Shown here piece after piece: positions 47,640-60,118 of a stretch of DNA of 64,000 nt. The notes below the pieces were generated by a model. The model saw only the letters and a list, made by a program, of their open reading frames with translations. It was not told the origin of the DNA and did no database searches. The translations under genes and the position numbers were made by a program. Source of the DNA: Mobula hypostoma (Eukaryota). Position 1 is the first letter of the stretch; each line of letters starts with the position of its first letter. The DNA lies in assembly GCF_963921235.1 (NCBI RefSeq), contig NC_086108.1, positions 38,318,001 through 38,382,000 on the forward strand, in the 5' to 3' direction.

Positions 47640-48832
47640 AAACACATTGATGAGGGAAGAGTAGTTCATGTAGTGTATATGGATTTCAGCAAGGCATTTG
47701 ATAAGGTAGCCCATGCGAGGCTTATTGAGAAAATAAGGAGGCATGGGATCCAAGGAGACATTGCTTTGTGGATCCAGAACTGGCTTGCCCACAGAAGGCA
47801 AGGAGTGGTTGTAGATGGGTCATATTCTGCATGGAGGTCAGTGACCAGTGGTGTGCCTCAGGGATCTGTTCTGGGACCCTTCGTGATTTTTATAATGACC
47901 TGGATGAGGAAGTGGAGGGGTGGGTTAGCAAGTTTGCTGATGACATAAAGGTTGCGGGTGTTGTAGATAGTGTGGAGGGCTGTCAACTTTTCCAGCGGGA
48001 CATTGATAGGATGCAAAACTGGGCTGAGGACTGGCAGATGGAGTTCAACCCAGATAAGTGTGAAGTGGTTCATTTTGGTAGGTCAAATATGATGGCAGAA
48101 TATAATATTAATGGTAAGACTCTTGGCAGTGTGGAGGATCAGAGGGATTTTAGGGTCTGAGTCCACAGGACGCTCAAAGCAGCTGCACAGGTTGACTCTG
48201 TGGTTAAGAAGGCATACGGTTATTCGTGGAATTGAATTTAGGAGCCGAGCGGTAATACTGCAGCTATATAGGACCCTGATCAGACTCCACTTGGAGTACC
48301 ATGCTCAGTTCTGGTCACCTCACTACAGGAAGGCCGTGGAAGCCACAGAAAGGGTGCAGAAGAGATTCACAAAGATGTTGCCTGAATTGGGGAGCATGCC
48401 TTATGAAAACAGATTGAGTGAACTAGGCCTCTTCTCCTTGGAGAGATGGAGGATGAGAGGTGACCTGATAGAGGTGTAAAAGATGATGGGAGGCATTGAT
48501 CGTGTGGATAGACAGAGGCTTTTTCCCAGGGCTGAAATAGTTGCCACAAGAGGACACAGGTTTAAGATGCTGGGGAGTAGGTACAGAGGAGATGTCAGGG
48601 GTAAGTTTTTAAAGAGTGGTGAGTGCATGGAATGGGCTGCCAGCAACGGTGGTGGAGGCGGATACAATAGGGTCTTTTAAGAGACGTTTAGATAGGTACA
48701 TGGAGCTTAGAAAAATAGAGGGCTATGGGTAAGCCTAATAATTTCTAAGGTAGGGACATGTTCGGCACAACTTTGTGGGCTGAAGGGCCTGTATTGTGCT
48801 GTAGGTTTTCGTTGTTTCTATGTTTCTATGTT
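47640..48832 (+). mobile_element. 5'-truncated CR1, same family as CR1-B
   Basis: [24 protein letters not shown]; 3' UTR nearly identical to ~25260-25382; (tttctatg)n tail. Confidence 0.9.
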
Positions 48833-50294
48833 TAATATGTTACATCCATTGATACTTTAAAGTAACTGAATTCAGATTCTGTCCCATTACTATTACACGG
48901 GGAAGGCAAGAATTAAATGTTCATGGTAATCGACCGTTACTGAAATTATTTCTGATGTACAGAAAAATTGATTAACAGATATTTTACAGGATCAGAATCC
49001 TTACATAACCTGGATACTGCCTCTACTTAGGACACAGCCGATCCGAGGCCAAATACACAAAAGACCATAAGCAAGACAGATCCAATCATCATGGCACTGT
49101 TAGTTGTGGCTCTTTGACAACAGATTTGTCTCAGTGTTAGGAGCTGTGGGTTCTCTTTAGATTTAAGAACAAAAAAACTTGAGTAAAACTCTTAGGGAGA
49201 ACTGAGGTCTACACCATCAGATATACCCCCTTTTTAAATTATGTCCAAAGGCGCTGTCTGTTCACTCATGTATCAGTAAGAAATCCCATGATATTATTTT
49301 CAAGGGGAAATATGTCCTGCATCTTGGCTGATACCTATGCCACAATCAATATCATCTAAAACATAGTGGTTATCTCTCTGTGGTTGCAGATCCATTAGAA
49401 AGTCTATTGCTACGTAAACTATTTTGCCCACCATAACCATCCTTGGAAAATAACTCTTTATCTGTAGAACACATTGGGGTCATAAAAACATCTATACAAG
49501 TACAGAAGCATGATAATCTCTCTCTCTCCCCCCTCTCTCATAGTGAATAGTGCTCAAATTAATCAGAAGCCCTAATTTCATGCCATCACAAGCTTTGCGC
49601 ATTCTCTGTGCAATTGTGTGAAATTCCTTTTCGTCCTGAAGTTTCCTCCTGCACCTTACAAGGTACACTGGCAAGTTCTTTGGGTTCTATAAATTACCTG
49701 TAATGTAAGTCACAAAGTGGCGGAGTGGACAAGCTCAGAAGATAGTAAATGGGTCACATGGAAATAAAAGGGTGAATGACACTAAGGTGATTGCCCATCT
49801 GGCACCACCACAAACTAACTGAATCAAAATGCAACTGACAAATTACTCTTTACTTCCTTTCTATTTCCACCTTGGTGTCATCACAAGCTTGTCAGTCCTG
49901 ATCTCAGAGAAAGGTGACACAGCTCCACATCCTACTCAAGGGCCCAAGATTCCATTTTCTAAATCTATTTGAACAACTACAAACGTTTGTATATCCAATA
50001 CTTTCATTCTCTTGAATGTCTCTTTTTCCAGTATGTTGAGCAGGTGGTGTGCTGATGTTGATCTTTGAAAGTTCTAGTGATGGGAGTGTGGTCGTGGAAT
50101 CTACTTTGGACAATGTGCAAAAACAATCTTGGGCATCATTTGACTGCACTTTGAGCTAATTGTGTACATCTCCATATTCACTCATGATTTTGTCAGCAAT
50201 CTGGAGATAATACTTGGAACAACAAACAGTAACAACTCTCCTGATTTCCCATTGGCCTTCATTTATTTTGCTAAGGTGAGTTCAGAACTCTAAA

Positions 50295-50433
50295 AAGGTC
50301 CTGCTGAAGCATTTCGGCCTGAAACATCGACTGTACTCTTTTCCATAGATTCTGCCTGGCTTGCTGAGTTCCTCCAGTACTTTGTGTGTGTTATTCGGAT
50401 TTCCAGCATCTGCAGATTTTGTCTTGTTTGTGA
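50295..50433 (+). mobile_element. Short PLE 3'-end copy starting at the hammerhead motif
   Basis: 13-bp TSD tcagaactctaaa at 50282-50294 and 50434-50446; begins aaggtc-CTGCTGA-agcatttcggcct-GAAAC. Confidence 0.8.
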
Positions 50434-50633
50434 TCAGAACTCTAAACGGTTGTTGACATGAAACCCTCTCCCCATTAAGTTCAACTTATAATAATTTTTA
50501 ACTCTTAATCCTGTTCTACATCTTCATTTAATTACAGTTGTACTAGACTCAGACTCATCTGACCCCTTTCAAAAGAAACTTGGGCATTCTGTACTTATTT
50601 GCATTAATGGAGTTCTACGTGTCAACATATGTA

Positions 50634-50830
50634 GGCTGGTGGTGTAGTGGCATCAGCACCAGACTTCGAGGCATGTGGTCTCGGGATCAAATCCAGCCGG
50701 CCCCTTGCACACTTTCCATCCATACTGGGTTGAGCACCAAGCTACCAACTCAGCCTCGGAAAAAAAAAACTGACAGAATGCTAAAGAAACAGTAAGGTTG
50801 ATGCCTGAGGCGTGGAGCAGAATCACAGCA
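50634..50830 (+). mobile_element. tRNA-derived SINE related to 7843-8105
   Basis: ggctggtggtgtagtgg A box; gggatcaaatcc B-box-like; shared tttccatcc...gggttga...caactca core. Confidence 0.65.
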
Positions 50831-51719
50831 ACATTTCAACAGGAAAATTTGCCAACATTCTATGTTAGAAGATGAGAGTACTTTAATTACTTCCTTGAGG
50901 CTTTTGATTATTTGGCATAATAGTTAGCTTGATTTGGGCAACATTATGTATTTGGTAGCAATTTTTCCCTTCATAAAATCTTGAAATTGGCGTGAGCAAA
51001 GCTAGCCTCTGGTCACAAACCATTTCCTCTAGTATGCCACAATGCGCAAAAATGATTTTTGATTCATCTAATAGAGATTTCACAGTAAAAGCTCCTTACA
51101 GTTGGAGTGCCTTTCAATGAGCAGAAAAATTTGCCAGTTCTCCCTTCACAGAAATCTGCTTGGACTTACTGGAAAGATTTTTTCTCTCCCACAGGTGTTG
51201 ACTAGCTCTGTAGGCAGGTGTAACATTGACTGATCAGCATCTCTTGATCAGGATCCAAACCAGTATGTAAAACTATGAGCAAATGCCCTCATTGCCACCA
51301 TCCATATGTAATACATACAGTATGTATACATAGAACTGCAGGATTTACCACACAATACCTTATTTTTAAAATGTAATTCAACAATTGTTCATTTCATCGA
51401 AAGCAAAAAAGAAACCTAGCATGTCATCTATACCAGCCTTTGACCCTAGTCTAGTGGTCCCTCATACGAAATGTTAACTGGATTCTCTTTCTACTGATGT
51501 TACTTAATAGAATGAACTCTTCCAGCATTTTCAGTTTTTGTTTCACAAAAAGTAGGTTTCTGAGTACTGGACACAACTGATTTTTTTCCTGTTTATTCTG
51601 CAATTTCAGAAATTATTCCCAACTTCTGGGCAAACTAAATGCATTCGGGTACAGTGTAGTTACAGGAATAGAAAGTACATCCATATAAGGAAATAAACTA
51701 CAGTCTTTTGTTGTTATCG

Positions 51720-52250
51720 GAATCAGAATCAGGTTTAATATCACTGGCATATGTCATAAAATTTGTTTTGCAGTAACAGTACATGGCAATACATAATAAT
51801 AAAGGAATCTATAAATAATAAATACATATGACAAAATAAATTAAATATGTAGTGCAAAAAGAGAGGGAAAAATAATGAGGGAGTGTACATAGGTTCACTG
51901 TCCATTCAGAACTCTAAGTAGCAATGAGCAGAGGGCATGTCCTGGGTGATGGGCTCCTTAATGACGGATGCCACCTTTTTAAGACATTGCCTTTCTGAAG
52001 ATGTCCTCTATGCTGGGGATGCCATGATCGACCTGCATGAGTTTCCAACTTTCTGCAGTGGCCCCTCCATACCAGACAGTGATGCAGCCAGTTAGAATGC
52101 CCTCCGTGGTACATCTGTAGAGATTTTTGAGCATCATTGGTGACATAACAAGTCTCCTCCAACTTCAATGAAATATAGCCGCTATCTGTGGTGCCTCCTT
52201 TGTAACTGCAACAATACGTTGGGCACAGGGAAGAGCTTCAGAGTCACTGA
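51720..52250 (-). mobile_element. Rex1-like LINE 3' fragment
   Basis: aatcagaatcaggtttaat tail; ccataccagacagtgatgcagcc block shared with the other Rex copies. Confidence 0.75.
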
Positions 52251-52289
52251 CACATGCTTTTGGCTTCCCAAAGACCCAATATTTTAATT

Positions 52290-53660
52290 CTAGTGTTAGA
52301 GTGGAGAGGCTTTGGCTCATCAGCTTCGGTGACAACAGGCTTGGGCGAGGTACATATCTGGCAAGTTTCTTCTTCATTCTTCATTCGTTAGTGCACAGTC
52401 AGAGCAGTGAGGATGGCTCCAGGGGCTGTGTTGTCATCTTCGTGTAAGATGTGAGAACTCTGGGAGGCCTCTAGCCTCCCAGATAACCATATCTGCACCA
52501 GGTGCACCAAGCTGCAACTCCTCAGGGAAAGAGTTAAGGAAAGGGAGCTGCAGCCTGATGACCTTCGGCTCATACGGGAGAATGAGGAGGTGATAGATTA
52601 GAGCTACAGTGAGATAGTCACCCCTAAGTTGCAGGAGGAAGGTACCTAGGTGACTGTCAGGGAGAAAAAAGGAATGGGCAGCCAGTGCAGAGTATCCATA
52701 TGGACATTCCCGTCAATAACAACTATAACATTTTTGGTAACTGTTTGGGGGGGGAGGTCCTACTGAGGAAAGCAGTAGTGACTCTGGCACTGTCAGGCAC
52801 TGTAGTTAAAGGAGTAGCCACGAGATTTTGTGCAAGCATTAGAGACACCCAGATGGTATGTTGCCTTCCAGTTGCCAAGATCAGGGATGTATCAGATCGG
52901 ATCTACAGCATTCTTAAGGGTGATGATGAACTGTGAGTAATCTAGGTACATTTGGCATCAATGGCATAGGAAAAGGGAGTAGGTCCTGAAGAGAGAATAT
53001 AAGGAGCTAGGTGGAAAACTGAAAGCAGGATCTCCAGGACAATAATCTGTGCCACTAAGGGTAAGAATAGGATGATTTGTAGATGACTGCGTGGCTGGGG
53101 AGCTGGTGCAGGAGACAGGATTTCAGATTTCTGGAAGATTGGGATCTCTTCTGGAGAAGGTATGATCTGTACAAAAGGGACGGGTTACACCTGAACCCAT
53201 GGGGTACCAATATACTTGTGGGCAGGTTTGTTAAAACTGTTGGGGTGGTACTTAGAAGACAATATTCATAATATGCTTGAATTCACTCTGCAATTTGAGA
53301 AGGAAAAGCTAAAGGCAAATGTGGAAAGGATGTTTCCTACTGTGGAGGAATCTCGGACCAGAGAGCACAACCTCAGAATAGTGGGACATCTATTAGAATG
53401 GAGATGAGGAGGAATTTCTTTAGCCAGCAGGTGATGAATCTGTGGAATTTGTTGCCATGGGCGACTGTGGATGCCAGATCATTGGGTATATTTAAGGCAG
53501 AGGTTAATAGATTCTTTATTCTGATAAGTCAGGACATGATAGGTTACAGGAAGAAGGCAGGAGAGTGGGGTTAAGAGGAAAAATTGATCAGTCATGATCA
53601 AATGGCAGAGCAGACTCGATGGGCCAAATGCTCTAATTCTGCTCCTATGTGTTATGCCCT
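52290..53660 (+). mobile_element. Internally deleted degenerate CR1 (ORF1 and 3' end)
   Basis: HICTRC region; WDLFWRRYDLYKRDGLHLNPWGTNIL esterase; CR1 3' UTR. Confidence 0.75.
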
Positions 53661-54075
53661 TATTGACACCCTGGAACTTGCAATTGCTCACTCCTTCCAC
53701 TGCTGAACTCTCGATGAGAACTGGTATGTGTTCCTCGATGTCCTGTTTTTGAAATTCACAACCAATTCCTTGGTGTTACTGATGTTGAGTGCAAGGTTGT
53801 TATTGCGACACCACTCAACCAGCTAATCTCCTGCTGATGGGTTTCGGCCTGAAACGTCAACTGTACTTTTTTTTTTCCATAGATGCTGCCTGGCCTGCTG
53901 AGTTCCTCCAGCATCCTGTGTGTGTTGCTTGGACTTCCAGCATCTGCAGATTTTCTTTTGTTTGTAATCTATCTCACTCCTGTACTCCTCCTCGTCACAG
54001 TCTGAAATTTTGCCAACAATAATTGTGCCATTGGCAAATTTATAGATGGTGTCTGAGTTGTGCCTAGCCACACAA
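53660..54075 (-). mobile_element. Rex1-like RT fragment interrupted by a short + strand PLE 3'-end copy (~53829-53967)
   Basis: IYKFANGTIIVGKISDCDEEEYRSEI; insert begins tc-CTGCTGA-tgggtttcggcct-GAAAC-GTC. Confidence 0.7.
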
Positions 54076-55680
54076 AATCCAATTGGATTCAGCATAAGGA
54101 TAGTTCCAATCATGCAGACAACAGACTGCTGCTACTAGAAATTGACGATATAGACATTTTCTTTATTAATAAGCAGGTGTACAGGTGTAACTAAAAATAT
54201 GGCCACTGAGTGCAAATCTTCTTTAAAATTCTAAGTTCAATGTTCATAGTACATTTATTATCAAAGTATGTACACTATATACAATAACCTTGAGATTTGA
54301 CTACTTACAGGCAGCCACAAAACAAAGAAGCCAAACTGAACCCATTAAAAAAATAGAAGACCGTCAAAGATCCAATGTACAGAAAGATGAAATAAATCAT
54401 GCAAACAAAAGAAGTAAGCAAATAGCTTCTGAACTGAAGTACATGAAAGTGAACTGACAGGCACAGAGCAGCCGATCCAGCAACCCACTAGTTTCAAAAG
54501 CATTGACAAATAAATAATTAATAGAAATGCTTCCCTACATGAAACATACTGCAGCCCTTACTCCACCTGCGGAGTAAGTCAGAATACGTGCTGCCGCATA
54601 CTTTCAATATATTTTATATGTTCATTGCATTTTGGTTTTCACTGACTCCGTTGGAGTGGCAATTGAGTCACTATGAGAATCAGGCAGAGAAGTTACATAT
54701 CGGAATCACCTTCCATATAGTTTAATGTGTAGATTAAAAATATAGTCTTTTAGTTCAGACTCCTTCAGCGTTTCCTCTTTGCTGCCTTCAAGCATTTCCC
54801 ATTTAGAATAAAGTGGATTTTGTATCCCAGACCTTATTTTACCTTGTCATTTCCTCTGAACAGCTTATACCTTCCATTAAACTTGCACTATATCTCAGTT
54901 GAGCTATTTAATTCAAGCTAATGAAAAATATTTACACAGCACCAACTCCTTTTATTACTACAGGTGATGCGGATAGAATGCAAATACTCTCTCCACCTCT
55001 GATGAGCACAACGTTTCTCTTTTAATTCCACCATCAGCTGCAAAATATTTAAACATCTTATGTAAAATTCTTGCAATTACTTTCCTAATATATACATCAG
55101 TGCCTAATTTATTTTTAATATGCATCTTTAACTAAGCCTCCAAGCTAATTAATTGAATCTTAATATTCTTTGGCCACCGGATGCTAATTCATCCAAGTAT
55201 TTTTCACTGCCTCTGATATTTGCTTAATTTTCTCTCAAAGATACAACAATACCTGCATCAACCATCCGTTTAATAGAGCATATTGTGATCAAAGTGGTCA
55301 AATGAAATTTCTCTGAATCTCAGCTCTCTTATGAAACCATCTCTCTTTATAAAACAATACAAGTATTTTCCCTTTTTTTAAAGAAACAGCATTAAAATGT
55401 TCAGTAAAACTTTCAGGAAAAAATGTATTTGAAACTTTTGGTCATTCTTGTTCACATAAAATTTTCAGTGAGTCCTTTTATGGTACAATGATGTAGATCT
55501 CACCACAGTAGTTCATTCTTCCTGCTTCCCCCCTCAGTCAGAGGACTACCAATGCCATTCGCTCACCACATCACCAACACACAGTAGCAGCAGTTTGCAC
55601 TACCTATAGGATGCACTATACCAACTCACCAAGTTTCCTTCAGCAGCACCTTCAAAACCCACAACTTATACCATCTAGAA

Positions 55681-55763
55681 CTGAGGTCCCCAACATGGGG
55701 TCCATGGATGCCAGGGTTAAAGGCAGGGGGTCCATGGCATAAAAAAAAGGTTGGAAACCCCTG
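55681..55763. mobile_element. Tiny hAT-Charlie-like MITE inside an old LINE remnant
   Basis: Imperfect TIRs ctgaggtccccaac / gttggaaacccctg; left flank atctagaa fits an NTCTAGAN target; right TSD degenerate. Confidence 0.5.
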
Positions 55764-56019
55764 ATTGCAAAGGACAAGGGCAGCAAAGCCATGGAAATAC
55801 CACCACCAGGAAGTCACCCTCCAAGTAGCACACCATCCTGATTGGGGAATACACAGTCATTAATTCGATGCTGCTCAGTCAAGATCATATAACTTCCCCA
55901 CACCTGCCCCACCCCAAAGAGCATTGTACCCACACATTGAGTTCATCAGTTCAAGATGACAGCTCACCACTGCCTTCTCAAGGATAACTCCATCTGCAAA
56001 GCCCACATCCCCTGAATTA

Positions 56020-59000
56020 AGCTGAATTGAATTGACTTCATTACTTACATCCTTCACATACATAAGTAAAAATATTTACGTTTCCATCTAAATGAGCAGC
56101 ATGCAATTTATAGCAAGTTGTAATAAATAGTTATGTACATCAAAATCAGAATCATCATCAGCATGCCTTGTGAAATTTGTTAACAGATTATGTGCATAAT
56201 ATAGAAGAAAAAAATAATAAAATTATAATAAATCAATTATAGTATACATATATTGAATAGATTAAAAATTGTGCAAAAACAGAAATAATATATATTAAAA
56301 AAGTGAGGTAGTGTTCACAGGTTCAATGTCCATTTCGGAATCAAATGGCAGACAGGAAGAAGCTGTTCCTGAATCACAAACTGTGCACCTTCAGGCTTCG
56401 GTACCTCCTTCCTGATGGTAATAGTGAGAAAAGGGCATGCCCTGAGTGCTGGAGGCCCTTAATAATGGACGCTGCCTTTCTGAGACATCACTCCTTGAAG
56501 ATGTCCTGGGTACTTTGTAGGCTAGCACCCAAGATGGAGCCGACTAGATTTACAACCCTCTGCAGCTTCTTTCGGTCCTGTCCAGTAGCCCCTCCATACC
56601 AGACAGTGATGCAGCCTGTCAGAATGCTCTCCACAGTACATCAATAGAAGATTTTGAGTGTATTTGTTGACATACCAAATTCCTTCAAACTCCTAATAAA
56701 GTATAGCCGCTGTCTTGCCTTCTTTATATGTTGGGATCAGGTTAGGTCCTCAGAGATCTTGACGCCCAGGAACTTGAAACTGCTCACTCTCTCCACTTCT
56801 GATCCCTCTGTGAGGATTGGTACGTGTTCCTTCGTCTTACCCTTCCTGAAGTCCACAACCAGCTCTTTCGTCTTATTGATGCTGAGTGCCAGGTTGTTGC
56901 TGTGGCACCACTCCACTAGTTGGCATATCTCGCTCCTGTATGCCCTCTCGTCACCACCTGAGATTCTACCAACAATGGTTGTATCATCAGCAAATTTATA
57001 GATGGTAATTGAGCTATGCCTAGCCACACAGTCATGTGTATACAGAGAGTAGAACAGTGGGCTAAGCACACACCCCTGAGATGCGCCTTGATCATCAGCG
57101 AGGAGGATATGTTATCACCAATCTGCACAGATTGTGGTCTTCCGGTTAGGAAGTAGAGGTTCCAATTGCAGAGGGAGGTGCAGAGGGAGGTACAGTGGCC
57201 CAGGCTCTGTAACTTCTCAATCAGAATTGTGGGAATGATGGTGTTAAATGCTGAGCTACAGTTGATGAACAGCATCCTGAGTTGGTGATTGCATTGCCCA
57301 GGTGGTCTAAGGCCTTGTGAAGAGCAATTGAGATTGCATCTGCTGTTGACCTATTGTGGTGATAGGCAAACTACAGTGGGTCCAGTTCCTTACTGAGGCA
57401 GGAGCTCAGTCTAGTCACGACCAACCTTAAAGCATTTCATCACTGTAGACGTGAGTGCTACTGGGTGATAGTCATTAAGGCAGCTCACATTGTTCTTCTT
57501 AGGTACTGGTATAATTGTTGCCTTTTTGAAGCAAGTGGGAACTTCCGCCCTTAGCCGAGAGAGGTTGCAAACTCCTGCTAGACGGTTGACACAAGTTTTC
57601 AGAGCCTTACCAGGTTTTTTTCACCAGCCTTACCGGCTGTGTGGTGAAAAAGCATAACAGTGCCTCTTTCACCTCAGATGGTTGAAGAAGTTTGGTATGG
57701 GTCCCCAAATCCTAAGAACTTTCTACAGGGGCACAATTGAGAGCATCCTTACTGGCTGCATCACTGCCTAGTATGGGAACTGTACCTCTCTTAATTGCAG
57801 GATTCTGCAGAGAGTGGTATGGACAGCCCAGCGCATCTGTAGTTGTGAACTTCCCATGATTCAGGATATTTACAAAGACAGGTGTGAGAAAAAGACCCGA
57901 AGGATCATTGGGGCCCCGAGTCACCCCTTGCAAGGGTTCACCCTCTTTAGAGACAGCCTAACATCTGCCTCTGAGACACAGATCACGGAGTCACCAGGGA
58001 TCTTTACAGCTCTAGTTGTGTTCTCCCTTTCAAAGCAGGCATAGAAGGCATTGAGTTCATCTGGTAGTGAAGCATTGCTGCCATTCATGCTATTGCGTTT
58101 CGATTTGTAGGAAGTAATGTCTTGCAAACCCTGTCAGAGTTGTCGTACATCCGATATTGCCTCTCACCTCATTCGAAATTGTCTCTTCACCCTTGAAATT
58201 GCCCTCCGTTATTTTAATATAACATCAATATAACTTAAAAATACAATACAAATTTTATCAGCGTGAATTAATCAGTCTCATGGCTTGGTAGAAGAAGCTG
58301 TCCTGGAGCCTTTTTGTTCTGGCTTTTATGCTGCGGTACCATTTCCTGGATGGTAGCAGCTGGAACAGTTTGTGGTTGGTGTGACTCAGGTCCCCAATGA
58401 TCCTTTTTACACACCTGTTTTTGTAAATGTCCTGAATAGTGGGAAGTTCACATCTACAGATATGCTGGGATGTCTGCACCACCCTCTGCAGAGTCCTGCA
58501 ACTGAGGGAAGTAAAGTTTGAATGTGAATTGAATTTATTTCTTACATCCGTCACATGCTTGAGAAGTAAAAATCTTTACATCATGTCTCCATCTAAATGC
58601 GCAATCATAGTAATTAATGATAATTTATAATAAATAGAACAGTCAATGTAACATAGAAATACACTCAAATCAATGTAAGTTAATCAGTCTGATGACCTGC
58701 TGGAAGAAGCTGCTCCGAAGCCTGTTGGTCCTGGCTTTTATGCTGCGGTACCGTTTCCCAGACGGTAGCAGCTGAAATAGATTGTGGTTGGGGTGACTCG
58801 GGCCCCAATGATCCTTCGGGCCCTTTTCTCACACCTGTCTTTGTAAATGTCCTGAATCATGGGAAGTTCACAACTACATGCCACTCCATACCACTCTCTG
58901 TAGAATCCTGCAATTAAGGGAGGTACAGTTCCCATACCAGGCAGTGATGCAGCCAGTCAGGATGCTCTCAATTGTGCCCCTATAGAAAGTTCTTAGGATT

Positions 59001-59400
59001 TGGGGACCCATACCAAACTTCTTCAACCATCTGAGGTGAAAGAGGCACTGTTATGCTTTTTCACCACACAGCCGGTATGTAAAGACCATGTGAGATCCTC
59101 AGTGATGTGTATGCCAAGGAACGTAAAGCTGTTAATCCTCTCAACTCCAAAATCCATTGATGTCAATAGGAGTTAGCCTGTCCATTCCTCCTGTGGTCCA
59201 CAACCAGCTCCTTTGTTTTTGCAACATTGAGGGAGAGGTTGTTTTGTCAGGGTGATGACTTCTTCACTGTAGGCTGCCTCATTATTACTTGAGATTAGGC
59301 CAGTAAATGTAGTATTGTCAGCAAATTTAATTAGCAGATTGGAGCTGCGGGTGGCGACACAGTCATGGGTATACAGAGAGTAAAGGAAAGGGCTGAATAT
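56020..59400 (-). mobile_element. Cluster of Rex1/Babar-like LINE fragments with one + strand inverted segment (57632-57927)
   Basis: [25 protein letters not shown]...[10 protein letters not shown]...KTKELVVDFRK; ASLPDELNAFYACFE. Confidence 0.85.
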
Positions 59401-59861
59401 AAAAAAGGTTTATGCCTGTGCCAGACTGAGTATATGCTTCTGGAGAGCATGGAGACTGAGAAGTCAAGTAACTGCCTTAAACAAGGGAACTTCAACAAGA
59501 TAAGGGGGCGGTCATTTTAAACTGATGCACAGAATAGGTTTCTTTTCATAAAGTTCAGTGAATATCTGAAATTCTCCATCCAGAGGATGGTGGAAGCTAA
59601 ATTTTTGGAGGTATTTAAAGAAAAGATAGTAATTTATTTTATTATTATTTTTTTAAAATCGAACAACTTGTCAGAACAGCAGATGAAGCTTGGGGAAGGG
59701 TACATTGAATGACAAGGCATATTTGAAGAGCCAATTAGACTTCATCTAATCCTACTTTCCAATTTCTTATGTCTCCCAGTCTGTGGCAAAAGTTACTTCT
59801 CCCTAACGCTGCATGAGGTTATAGTTCTCAGAGCTCATCAAATCAAAATGGTCTCAAGTAA

Positions 59862-60118
59862 CATACATCAAAGTTGCTGGTGAACGCAGCAGGCCAAGCA
59901 GCATCTATAGGAAGAGGTGCAGTCGACGTTTCAGGCCGAGACCCTTCGTCAGGACTAACCGAAGGAAGAGATTCTTCCTTCAGTTAGTCCTGACGAAGGG
60001 TCTCGGCCTGAAACGTCGACTGCACCTCTTCCTATAGATGCTGCTTGGCCTGCTGCGTTCACCAGCAACTTTGATGTATGTTGCTTGAATTTCCAGCATC
60101 TGCAGAATTCCTGTTGTT
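59862..60118. mobile_element. Palindromic PLE-end insertion with a hammerhead ribozyme on each strand
   Basis: 110-bp arms at 59860-59969 and 59973-60082 with one mismatch and a 3-nt loop; TSD tggtctcaagtaa at 59849-59861 and 60119-60131. Confidence 0.9.
59986..60021 (+). ncRNA. Minimal type I hammerhead ribozyme; identical copy on the minus strand at 59921-59956
   Basis: agtc-CTGACGA-agg-gtctcgg-cct-GAAAC-GTC-gact: intact core, GUC cleavage triplet, palindromic ACGU stem III. Confidence 0.85.

Larger units (their letters stand above)
49515..51310 (-). mobile_element. Highly degenerate Gypsy integrase remnant plus PPT
   Basis: H.G..AMRAFA...YW.G.DQE...CYTC zinc-binding-like region at ~51200-51305; IIFAHCGILEEMVCD...QFQDFMK core; purine tract at 49517-49539. 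Confidence 0.55.

Noticed and set aside
49492..50210. Minus-strand ORFs as host exons
   Set aside because: Contain stops and lie between a Gypsy integrase core and a PPT; better explained as integrase C-terminal remnant
54548..54569. Hairpin cttactcc-acctgc-ggagtaag
   Set aside because: An 8-bp stem is expected by chance in 64 kb; no associated element termini
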